Assembly: GCA_020635725.1 (NCBI GenBank) | Contig: JACJZF010000001.1 | Span: 505,947-569,946, forward strand | DNA length: 64,000 nucleotides | Reading direction: 5' to 3' | DNA from: Flavobacteriales bacterium | Lineage (GTDB): Bacteria > Bacteroidota > Bacteroidia > Flavobacteriales_F > PHOS-HE28 | Shown here: one piece after another, positions 56,335 to 64,000 of the stretch | Numbering within the stretch: position 1 is the stretch's first letter | How the letters are laid out: every line of letters begins with the position of its first letter | The notes under the pieces: model-generated | The model's input: only the letters and a program-made list of their open reading frames with translations | Told to the model about the DNA's origin: nothing | Database searches by the model: none | Translations under genes and position numbers: made by a program

Positions 56335-59300
56335 GTGGTGCAAACATCCTCCTCTGCGTCATTCCCCAAGCTGTTGCGCCTTGGCCTGCTCCTGAACGGG
56401 TTGCTGGTAGGCGCGCTCGGCTTCGCGCAGGTGAATGCCTGCACCGGGCTGTTCCTGGACTCCGGCGGTGCGGCAGGCAATTACGGGAACAACGAGGACC
56501 AGACGGTCACGATCTGTCCGGAGGGCGGTTCGGGTTCCGGCCCGAGCACCTCGGTACGCTTCACGGACTTCGCCATAGCGGCCGGGCCGGGCGATACGTT
56601 GTGGGTGCATGATGGCTCGGATCTGCTCGCGCCGATTATTGCCACGGGCACCTCGGCCAGCTCCCTCGTGGGCAATACCTACACCAGCTCCGATCCGTCG
56701 GGCTGCCTCACCTTCCGGTGGAAGAGCAATGCCGCCGGTGTAGCCGCCGGCTGGTTCGCGCGGATCGTGACCACGCCGCACCCGGGCGACAATTCCAGCG
56801 CCACCCTCTGCTCCGCGGCAGCGCCGGTCTCGCTCTTCTCCTTGCTCTCCGGCAACCCCGATCCCGGCGGTTCATGGAAGGACCCCTTGGGAGCGCCGCA
56901 TGGCGATACGTTCAATCCGGCGGTGGACCCGGGAGGCAATTGGGTGTACACGCATTCCGGCCCATCGCCGTGCTCACCGGCTTCCGCTACGCTCACACTC
57001 ACCAAGGTGCAGGCACCGGACCCCGGTACCAACAGCACATTGACCCTGTGCGCCACCGATGGACCAACGAGCCTGTTCAGCGCCTTGGGCGGGAGCCCCG
57101 ATCCGGGCGGCAGTTGGACCGCGCCCGGCGGTGGCGCGCATAGCGGAACATTCAATCCGGCCACTGATCCGGCAGGCTTGTACACCTACACGGTAACCGG
57201 CACCTCGCCCTGCCTGTCTGCTTCGGCCACCGTCACGGTCACGGTGAATGCCCCGCCCAACGCCGGTAATGACGCCACCACCACCGTCTGCAGCAATGGC
57301 GCGCCCTTCAGCCTGTTCGCCTTGCTCACCGGCTCCCCGAGCGTCTCCGGCGCATGGACCGGACCGGGCGGAGGCCCCGTGAGCGGCACCTATACCCCCG
57401 GCACCAGCACGCCCGGCGTCTATACCTATACGGTCGCCGGCCTGCTGCCTTGTGCTCCCGATGCGGCAACCGTCACGGTAACGCAGGTGGCTGCGCCCAA
57501 TGCCGGCACCTCCGCGTCGACTACGGTATGCAGCGACGATGCGCCTTTCTCGATGCGCTCGTTATTGGGCGGCAGCCCTGCGGCTGGCGGAACGTGGGTT
57601 GGTCCTGGCGGCCCCCACGCCGATCAGTTCAATCCGGCAGTGGATCCAGCTGGGGTGTACACCTATACCGTTGCTGGTACGCCGCCTTGCGCGAATGCCA
57701 CCGCCACCTTGACCATCACGGTGCGACCAGCGCCGAATGCCGGCACCGATGGGGCCGTCACCCTGTGCAGCACCGATGGGGTCTTCCAGCTCTTCGGCGC
57801 GCTCGGTGGCTCTCCGGATGTGGGCGGAACGTGGCGTGATCCGGCCAATCAGATCCACTCCGGCAGTTTCACCCCGGGCACCAGCACGCCGGGCATCTAC
57901 ACCTATACCGTTACCGGCCTCTCGCCTTGCGACCCGGATGTATCGCAGGTGACCGTGACCGTGAACGCCGCGCCCAATGCCGGTATCGGAGCTACCGTGA
58001 CCCGTTGCTCCAATGCCGCGAACGTGAACCTGTTCAATCAGCTCGGCGGTTCACCGAACGCCGGTGGCACATGGACCGGGCCTTCGGGGGCGCACAGCAA
58101 CATCTTCGATCCCGATGTGGATCCGGCAGGCGCGTACACGTACACGGTCGTAGGACTCACGCCCTGCGCGAATGCACAGGCCACGATCACCATGGTGGTG
58201 GTGCAGGAGCCGGATGCGGGCACCAACGGCTCCATCACGGTGTGTGGCAACGATGCGCCTTTCAGCCTCTTCGGCGTGTTGGGCGGTACTCCGGACGGAA
58301 ACGGCACATGGACCGCTCCGGGCGGTGGCGCCTCCACCGGGACCTTCACGCCTGGAACGAGCACGTCGGGGGTTTACACCTACACGGTCGCGGGAACACC
58401 GCCTTGCGCGAATGATCAGGCCACGGTGACCGTTTCCGTGGTGGCCCCACCGAACCCCGGGACCAATGGAAGCCTGACCGTGTGCAGCAACAATGCCGCG
58501 GTCGATCTCTTCACGCTGCTCGGCGGCACGCCTCAAGCGGGTGGCACGTGGACCCGGCCCAACGGCACGGCGCACACCGGCACCTATCTGCCGGCAACGG
58601 AACCGAGCGGCAACTACACCTATACCGTTGCCGGCACCCCGCCCTGCGCCTCGCGCAGCGCCGTGGTGCAGGTCACTCGGGTGATCGCGCCGAACGCAGG
58701 AATCAATGGCAGCATCACCGTGTGCAGCACCAACGCGGCCTTCGACATGATCACCGTGCTGGGTGGCTCGCCGGGCGGAGGCGGCGCGTGGTTCAATGCG
58801 GCACTTGCCTCGGTCCCCGCGGTGTTCACCCCGGGCACCACCGTCCCCGGCAACTATGCGTACGTGCTTCAAGGCACCGCGCCCTGCGCCAACGATACCG
58901 GCTTCGCCACGATCAATGTGAACACCGCGCCGAATGCGGGGCAGAATGCGTCGATCACCGTATGCAGCAGCGACGCGCCTTTCCAGCTCATCGATGAGCT
59001 GAACGGCACACCCGATGCGGGCGGAACCTGGACCCGGCCCAACGGCACCGCGCACAACGGCACCTTCACGCCGGGCACCTCCGCGCAGGGTGGCTACACC
59101 TATACCGTGGCAGGCCTCACGCCGTGCGTGAATGCCAGCGCCGTGGTGGTGGTGAGCGTGAACACCCAGCCCAACGCGGGCATCAGCGACAGTTTCACAC
59201 GATGCAGCACCAGTGGTCCCGTGGACCTCTTCGATGAGCTCAATGGTTCGCCGAATCCGGGGGGCACTTGGGTCGGTCCTTCGGGCCCGAGTTCAGGAAT

Positions 59301-62300
59301 CTTCCAGCCGGGCACTTCCACCCCGGGCGTGTACACCTACACTGTTGTTGGCATCGCGCCGTGCACCAACGCAACGGCCACCATCACGGCCAACGTGAAC
59401 CAAGCGCCCAATGCCGGCGGCGATGGTGCAGTGACCATTTGCCAAGGGACGGCATCGATCGATCTCTTCACCGTGCTCACCGGCACCTTCGACCTGAATG
59501 GAACGTGGCAGGACGAGGACAACACCGGCCAGCTTTCCGGCAGCTTCTTCAATACCTCCACCATGGGTCCTGGCACCTATGAGTTCCGGTATGAGGTGCC
59601 GGCCAACGGCGCGTGCCAAGCGGATCATGCGCATGTGGAAGTGACCATCGTGGCGTTGCTGGAGGCTGGTTCCAACAGCAGCACGAACACGTGCAGCAGC
59701 AACACGCAGGTGAATCTCTTCAACCTGTTGGGCGGCAATCCGCAGCCCGGTGGCACCTGGATCGACCTCAGTGGAACCGGCGCTTTGAGCGGGCAGCTCT
59801 TCAACGCGCAGCAGGCGGGGCCCGGGAGCTATCAGTTCCGTTACCTCTTGACCGGCACGATCGGCTGCAGCTCGGATTCGGCGCAGGTGACGCTCTCGGT
59901 GATCGCCGCGCCCAACGCGGGCGGCAACGGCAGCGCGATCACGTGCAGCAACGCGGGCCCGTTCAACATGTTCCCCTTCCTCAGCGGTACGCCGCAAGGG
60001 GGCGGATCATGGTTCGCGGGCGCTCCGAACGGAAGCCCGCACGCGGCCACCTATGATCCGGCCACCGACAATCCCGGCGATTTCTACTACAAGGTGAACG
60101 GCGTGTCGCCGTGCGCGAGCGCCTTTGCCAAGGTGACCGTGACTGAGGTGCAGGCGCCGTGGGCGGGCAATGATGCGAACACCACGGTGTGCTCCAACGG
60201 CGCGCCGTTCAGCATGACGGCGCTGCTCACCGGCAACCCGAACGCGGGCGGTACCTGGTACCTCAACAACCAGAACCATGGCGATCTCTTCGTGCCCGGG
60301 CAGGATGTGCAGGGCGTGTACGAGTACCGCGTGACCGGGCAGGCCCCGTGCACGCCCGATGCCGCTTTCCTCACGGTGTCCGTTACCACGGCTGCCAACG
60401 CGGGCTGCAGCGGCTCGGTCACGGTATGCGATAACGCCTTGCCCTTCGTGCTCTACAACGTGCTCACCTGCAACCCGCAGAGCAACGGCGCCTGGTTGGG
60501 CCCTGACCTGATGCCGCACAACGGCACGTATCAACCTGGCGTGTCGCAGGTCGGCGACTACCTGTACATCGTGCAGGGCGATGCGCAGTGCGCGAGCGAC
60601 ACCAGCGTGGTAACCGTGTTCGAGACTCCGGCGGCCAACGCGGGCTGCCCGGGCGCAGGGTCCTTCTGCTCGAACAACGCGCCGGTGAATCTCTTCACGC
60701 TCTTGGGTTGTTCCCCGGATCCCTTTGGCACGTGGACGGGTCCGGGGAATCAGCCATCCGATGGTTTCTTCAATCCGGCCACCGGCACATCGGGCACCTA
60801 TACCTACTCGGTCACGAACGGATGCGGTTCGGCGAGCGCCACGGTGGTGGTAACGCTGAATCAGCAGCCCAATGCCGGGTGCAACCGCACGATCACCCGC
60901 TGCACCAACAGCCAGGCCTTCGCCATGATCGATGAGCTGGGCTGCAACCCGCAATCGGGTGGGGTGTGGACCGGGCCCTTGCCTGCGACAACGGTCATGA
61001 ACGGGGTCTTCATCCCCGGCGTGACGGCCCCGGGCACGTATCGCTACCGCATCACCGGGCAAGGCGCTTGCGCGAATGCCTCCGCGCAACTGACGATCAA
61101 TGTGAACACGATGCCCAATGCAGGCATCGACAACGATACGCTGCTGTGCGCCACTTCCGGACAGGTGAACCTCTTCCCGCTACTTGGTCCCACGGCCATG
61201 GTCGGTGGCAGCTGGTTCTTCAATGGGATCACGCCGCACACGGGCATCGTGAACCCGCAGACCGACGCCACCGGCAACTATGTGTACCGGCTCACCGGCC
61301 AATCGCCCTGCGCCAACGATGAGGCCATCGTTTACGTGCAGATCTCGCAACCGCCCAACGCCGGCTTCGATGGCCTCGCTCAGGTCTGCAGCGATGATGG
61401 TGCATTCCCGCTCATCGGATACTTGGGCGGATCGCCCATGCTGAATGGCAACTGGACCAATCCTTCGGGCGCCAATCACAACGGACTGTACGTACCCGCC
61501 ATCGATGGTCCCGGCCTGTACAAGTACAAGCTCCCCGGCAATGGCGGCTGCGGACCGGACAGCTCGTATGTGACCGTGCTCGAGTACGATGCAGTGGAGG
61601 CCGGCACCGGCAGCGTAACGGTGGTGTGCAGCAATTCGGCTGCTTTCCCGCTGTTCAGCTTGATCACCGGCGGGCAGACTGGCGGTACCTGGACCGACCC
61701 ATTCGGTAACGCCTTCACCGGCACCTTCATACCAGGTGTCTCTGAGCCGGGTGGGTACACCTACCGCCTGCAGGGCACAGCACCCTGCGAGAACGATTCC
61801 GCCCTGGTCACGGTATTCGTGAACGATGCCGCCGATGCGGGCATCAGCACACTGGCCTCGGTATGCTCCAGTTCCGATGCGGTGACATTGATCTCGCTGC
61901 TCGGTGGCACGCCCGACAACAACGGCACGTGGACCTACAATGGCGACCCCACCGATCCCATCTTCGATCCAGATGTGGACGATCCTGGCGTGTACATGTA
62001 TACCGTGGAGGGCGCAACGCCTTGCACCACGGCTACGGCACAAGTGGTGGTGACCATTACCCAGCAGGCATCGGCGGGTGAGGACGGCTCGCTGACGGCT
62101 TGTGTGGGAGCCGATGCGGTGCAGCTCTTCGACGGGCTCGGAGGATCGCCGGACCCCGGCGGTGTCTGGTCCAACAACTGCGGCTTGGGCGGGCTCAACG
62201 GCGGCATCTTCGACGCATCGGCGCTGGCTGCAGGAAGCAGCTGCACCTTCACCTACACGCAGCCCGCCGATGGCCCATGCGATGCGGTGAGCGCGCAGGT

Positions 62301-64000
62301 CACCTTGGAGATCGTAGATGCCTTGGATGCCGGCGCGGACAGCAGTTCCGCGGCTTGCCAGGGCCAGGTGGTCGATCTTTACGCGTCCATCGGCGGCGCT
62401 CCGCAGCCGGGCGGCTTCTGGATCAACGTGGACAATGCGCCCGGCGTGTTCGGCGGCTTCTTCAACACCGCGGCCGTGAGCGCGGCGGGCAGCGTGTGGC
62501 ACTTCGATTACGTGCTGCCTGGCAGCGCGGCGTGCGTATCGGATACCGCCCATGTGACCGTGGAGGTGCTTGAAGGGCCCTTCGCCGGTTGCGATGGAAC
62601 GCTCTCGCTGTGCAGCATCTCGCCACCGGTGATGCTGGCCACGGCGCAGAGCTGCGGGCCGAATGCGAGCGGCTTCTGGCTGAATCCAGCGGGCGGCTCG
62701 CACTCCGGCAGCTTCATCGCCGCTACGGATCAGGCCGGAGCCTACAAGTTCGTGGTGGAGGGCCTGGGCGCTTGCCCGAGCGATACGGCCGTGGTTACCG
62801 TGAACCTTACGCAGGCGGCCAACGCGGGTACCGATGCCGCATTGAGCATCTGCTCCGATGACCTGCCCGCGGACATGTTCGCCTTGCTCGGCCCGAACGC
62901 GCAAGCCGGAGGCAACTGGACCTACAACCCGGGCGGCCCGCCGATCCCGCACAGCAACGTGTACAATCCGGCGGTCGATCTGCAGGGTTCCTACGTGTAC
63001 ACCGTGCAGGGCAATTTCCCTTGCCCGAGCCGCTCGGCGATCGTCACGGTAACCGAGTCGCCGGCCCCGAATGCCGGATGCGACAGCGAAGTGTCCGTGT
63101 GCTCGAGCGATGGCCCCATCAACATGCGCCTGGCGCTGGGCTGCAACGCGCAGGCCGGCGGTACTTGGGTGTACGTGACCGGAGGTGACACGCCGCACGG
63201 GAACTTCTTCGATCCGGCGGTGGACCTGCCCGGTGATTACCGGTACACGGTCACGGGTCAGGCACCTTGCGAACCGGCCACCGCCCTGCTCACCGTGAGC
63301 TTGATCACGGCGGGCAATGCAGGCACCACCACCACCGTGCAGGCTTGCGTGACCCAGACTTCCGTGGACCTGCTCGCCGAACTGGGCGCGCAACCAGGAG
63401 GCACGTGGACCGATCAGAACAACTCACAGGCCCTCACGGGCAACATCTTCGACCCAAGCGTAGCGGGCAATGGCACATGGCCCTTCCTGTACACGGTCCT
63501 GGGCAGCGGGCCATGCCCCACGGTGAGCGCCACGGTCACGGTGCAGGTCGGCACGGGCAGCAGCGCGGGCAACGACACCAGCATCACCATCTGTGGCAGC
63601 ATCACCGACCTCGACCTCTTCACCCAGCTGGGCGGCAATCCCACGGCAGGCGGAAGCTGGCTCGACATCAATGGCAATGGCGCGCTCTCTGCGAGCGGCG
63701 TGCTCAATGCCACCCTGCTCCCCGTGGGTGGCACACAGCCCTTCGGATACACAGTGGTCGACCCAGGTTGCGGCGATGTGAGCAGCGTGATCCTGGTGAC
63801 CACCACGGCCTACCCGCAACCCGGATCCTCCGCGAGCATCACGCTATGCAGCGATGGGGCACCGGTGGACCTCTTCACTCAGCTGGGCGGCGCACCGGAG
63901 AGCGGCGGCACCTGGCGCGATCCGGATGGCGCGATCCACTCGAGCACCTTCGACCCGGCGACCGATTCCCAAGGAGGCTACTCCTACACGGTCGTTGGCA
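56335..64000 (+). CDS. Giant secreted protein (partial; continues beyond the window). N-terminal CUB-like domain followed by at least 28 tandem two-cysteine repeats of about 80 aa.
   Basis: Frame 1 is open from the GTG at about 56335 to the window end, which is why it has no entry in the ORF track. Signal peptide VQTSSSASFPKLLRLGLLLNGLLVGALGFAQVNA. CUB-like segment CTGLFLDSGG...TICPEGG...VRFTDFAIAAGPGDTLWVHDG...CLTFRWKSN. Repeat unit APNAG.D...T.CS....F.LF..LGGSP..GG.W..P.G..HSG.F.P.T..PG.YTYTV.G..PCA...A.VTVTV. Confidence 0.7.
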   Translation, partial: MVQTSSSASFPKLLRLGLLLNGLLVGALGFAQVNACTGLFLDSGGAAGNYGNNEDQTVTICPEGGSGSGPSTSVRFTDFAIAAGPGDTLWVHDGSDLLAPIIATGTSASSLVGNTYTSSDPSGCLTFRWKSNAAGVAAGWFARIVTTPHPGDNSSATLCSAAAPVSLFSLLSGNPDPGGSWKDPLGAPHGDTFNPAVDPGGNWVYTHSGPSPCSPASATLTLTKVQAPDPGTNSTLTLCATDGPTSLFSALGGSPDPGGSWTAPGGGAHSGTFNPATDPAGLYTYTVTGTSPCLSASATVTVTVNAPPNAGNDATTTVCSNGAPFSLFALLTGSPSVSGAWTGPGGGPVSGTYTPGTSTPGVYTYTVAGLLPCAPDAATVTVTQVAAPNAGTSASTTVCSDDAPFSMRSLLGGSPAAGGTWVGPGGPHADQFNPAVDPAGVYTYTVAGTPPCANATATLTITVRPAPNAGTDGAVTLCSTDGVFQLFGALGGSPDVGGTWRDPANQIHSGSFTPGTSTPGIYTYTVTGLSPCDPDVSQVTVTVNAAPNAGIGATVTRCSNAANVNLFNQLGGSPNAGGTWTGPSGAHSNIFDPDVDPAGAYTYTVVGLTPCANAQATITMVVVQEPDAGTNGSITVCGNDAPFSLFGVLGGTPDGNGTWTAPGGGASTGTFTPGTSTSGVYTYTVAGTPPCANDQATVTVSVVAPPNPGTNGSLTVCSNNAAVDLFTLLGGTPQAGGTWTRPNGTAHTGTYLPATEPSGNYTYTVAGTPPCASRSAVVQVTRVIAPNAGINGSITVCSTNAAFDMITVLGGSPGGGGAWFNAALASVPAVFTPGTTVPGNYAYVLQGTAPCANDTGFATINVNTAPNAGQNASITVCSSDAPFQLIDELNGTPDAGGTWTRPNGTAHNGTFTPGTSAQGGYTYTVAGLTPCVNASAVVVVSVNTQPNAGISDSFTRCSTSGPVDLFDELNGSPNPGGTWVGPSGPSSGIFQPGTSTPGVYTYTVVGIAPCTNATATITANVNQAPNAGGDGAVTICQGTASIDLFTVLTGTFDLNGTWQDEDNTGQLSGSFFNTSTMGPGTYEFRYEVPANGACQADHAHVEVTIVALLEAGSNSSTNTCSSNTQVNLFNLLGGNPQPGGTWIDLSGTGALSGQLFNAQQAGPGSYQFRYLLTGTIGCSSDSAQVTLSVIAAPNAGGNGSAITCSNAGPFNMFPFLSGTPQGGGSWFAGAPNGSPHAATYDPATDNPGDFYYKVNGVSPCASAFAKVTVTEVQAPWAGNDANTTVCSNGAPFSMTALLTGNPNAGGTWYLNNQNHGDLFVPGQDVQGVYEYRVTGQAPCTPDAAFLTVSVTTAANAGCSGSVTVCDNALPFVLYNVLTCNPQSNGAWLGPDLMPHNGTYQPGVSQVGDYLYIVQGDAQCASDTSVVTVFETPAANAGCPGAGSFCSNNAPVNLFTLLGCSPDPFGTWTGPGNQPSDGFFNPATGTSGTYTYSVTNGCGSASATVVVTLNQQPNAGCNRTITRCTNSQAFAMIDELGCNPQSGGVWTGPLPATTVMNGVFIPGVTAPGTYRYRITGQGACANASAQLTINVNTMPNAGIDNDTLLCATSGQVNLFPLLGPTAMVGGSWFFNGITPHTGIVNPQTDATGNYVYRLTGQSPCANDEAIVYVQISQPPNAGFDGLAQVCSDDGAFPLIGYLGGSPMLNGNWTNPSGANHNGLYVPAIDGPGLYKYKLPGNGGCGPDSSYVTVLEYDAVEAGTGSVTVVCSNSAAFPLFSLITGGQTGGTWTDPFGNAFTGTFIPGVSEPGGYTYRLQGTAPCENDSALVTVFVNDAADAGISTLASVCSSSDAVTLISLLGGTPDNNGTWTYNGDPTDPIFDPDVDDPGVYMYTVEGATPCTTATAQVVVTITQQASAGEDGSLTACVGADAVQLFDGLGGSPDPGGVWSNNCGLGGLNGGIFDASALAAGSSCTFTYTQPADGPCDAVSAQVTLEIVDALDAGADSSSAACQGQVVDLYASIGGAPQPGGFWINVDNAPGVFGGFFNTAAVSAAGSVWHFDYVLPGSAACVSDTAHVTVEVLEGPFAGCDGTLSLCSISPPVMLATAQSCGPNASGFWLNPAGGSHSGSFIAATDQAGAYKFVVEGLGACPSDTAVVTVNLTQAANAGTDAALSICSDDLPADMFALLGPNAQAGGNWTYNPGGPPIPHSNVYNPAVDLQGSYVYTVQGNFPCPSRSAIVTVTESPAPNAGCDSEVSVCSSDGPINMRLALGCNAQAGGTWVYVTGGDTPHGNFFDPAVDLPGDYRYTVTGQAPCEPATALLTVSLITAGNAGTTTTVQACVTQTSVDLLAELGAQPGGTWTDQNNSQALTGNIFDPSVAGNGTWPFLYTVLGSGPCPTVSATVTVQVGTGSSAGNDTSITICGSITDLDLFTQLGGNPTAGGSWLDINGNGALSASGVLNATLLPVGGTQPFGYTVVDPGCGDVSSVILVTTTAYPQPGSSASITLCSDGAPVDLFTQLGGAPESGGTWRDPDGAIHSSTFDPATDSQGGYSYTVVG
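57017..64000 (+). repeat. Tandem coding repeat array of about 240 bp (at least 28 units) inside the partial giant gene
   Basis: The recurring ccNaaYgcSggc (PNAG) motif appears at about 240-bp spacing from about 57.0 kb to the window end. Confidence 0.7.

Noticed and set aside
56304-56612. 102-aa plus-strand ORF at the start of the second giant gene
   Set aside because: It is in the wrong frame. Frame 1 carries the signal peptide, the CUB-like domain and the repeat array with no stops through the window end.
1-64000. CRISPR arrays, rRNA genes, integrases or transposases
   Set aside because: No regularly spaced short direct repeats, no rRNA-like conserved blocks, and no DDE, tyrosine- or serine-recombinase ORFs were found in any frame.

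Overview
This is a roughly 65% GC Bacteroidota-type chromosomal window. The phylum call rests on the T9SS C-terminal sorting domains, PorP/SprF and SprB-like genes, the ftsX-DUF3098-uppP-truB-queA synteny, and the absence of Shine-Dalgarno sites.

Main blocks:
- 1-4653: a lower-GC accessory patch with two type II toxin-antitoxin modules (VapBC-like, and a ParE-like toxin inactivated by an in-frame TGA) and two tandem paralogous T9SS-sorted beta-propeller proteins that share a near-identical 3' end.
- 4896-43695: mostly housekeeping genes (asmA-like, an orphan sensor kinase, hemW, ispG, leuS, ftsX, uppP, truB, queA, ispD, rlmN, a polyprenyl synthase, dnaG, a CDF transporter, menB, a PNGase F-like T9SS cargo).
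- 43746-43817: tRNA-Arg(CCT).
- 43964-64000: a T9SS type-B gliding-adhesin locus. It holds a CTD-B protein, a PorP/SprF protein, a 3123-aa SprB-like protein, a second PorP/SprF protein, and a further giant protein that runs off the window.

Most notable observations:
- The leuS gene carries an in-frame insertion of about 160 aa. It encodes a complete DUF559 (Vsr-like endonuclease fold) domain and is bracketed by inverted copies of a GC-rich hairpin motif. A third, solo copy of the motif also sits in-frame further downstream in leuS.
- A 1.3-kb cassette holding a single AAA+ (AAA_14/DUF4143) ATPase gene and a perfect 17-bp inverted repeat is bounded by a 27-bp direct duplication of the ispG 3' end.
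- The partial giant protein (56335 onward) combines an N-terminal CUB-like domain with at least 28 tandem copies of an about 80-aa two-cysteine repeat that is distinct from SprB repeats.

Many long antisense ORFs in the six-frame track are high-GC artefacts and were rejected.
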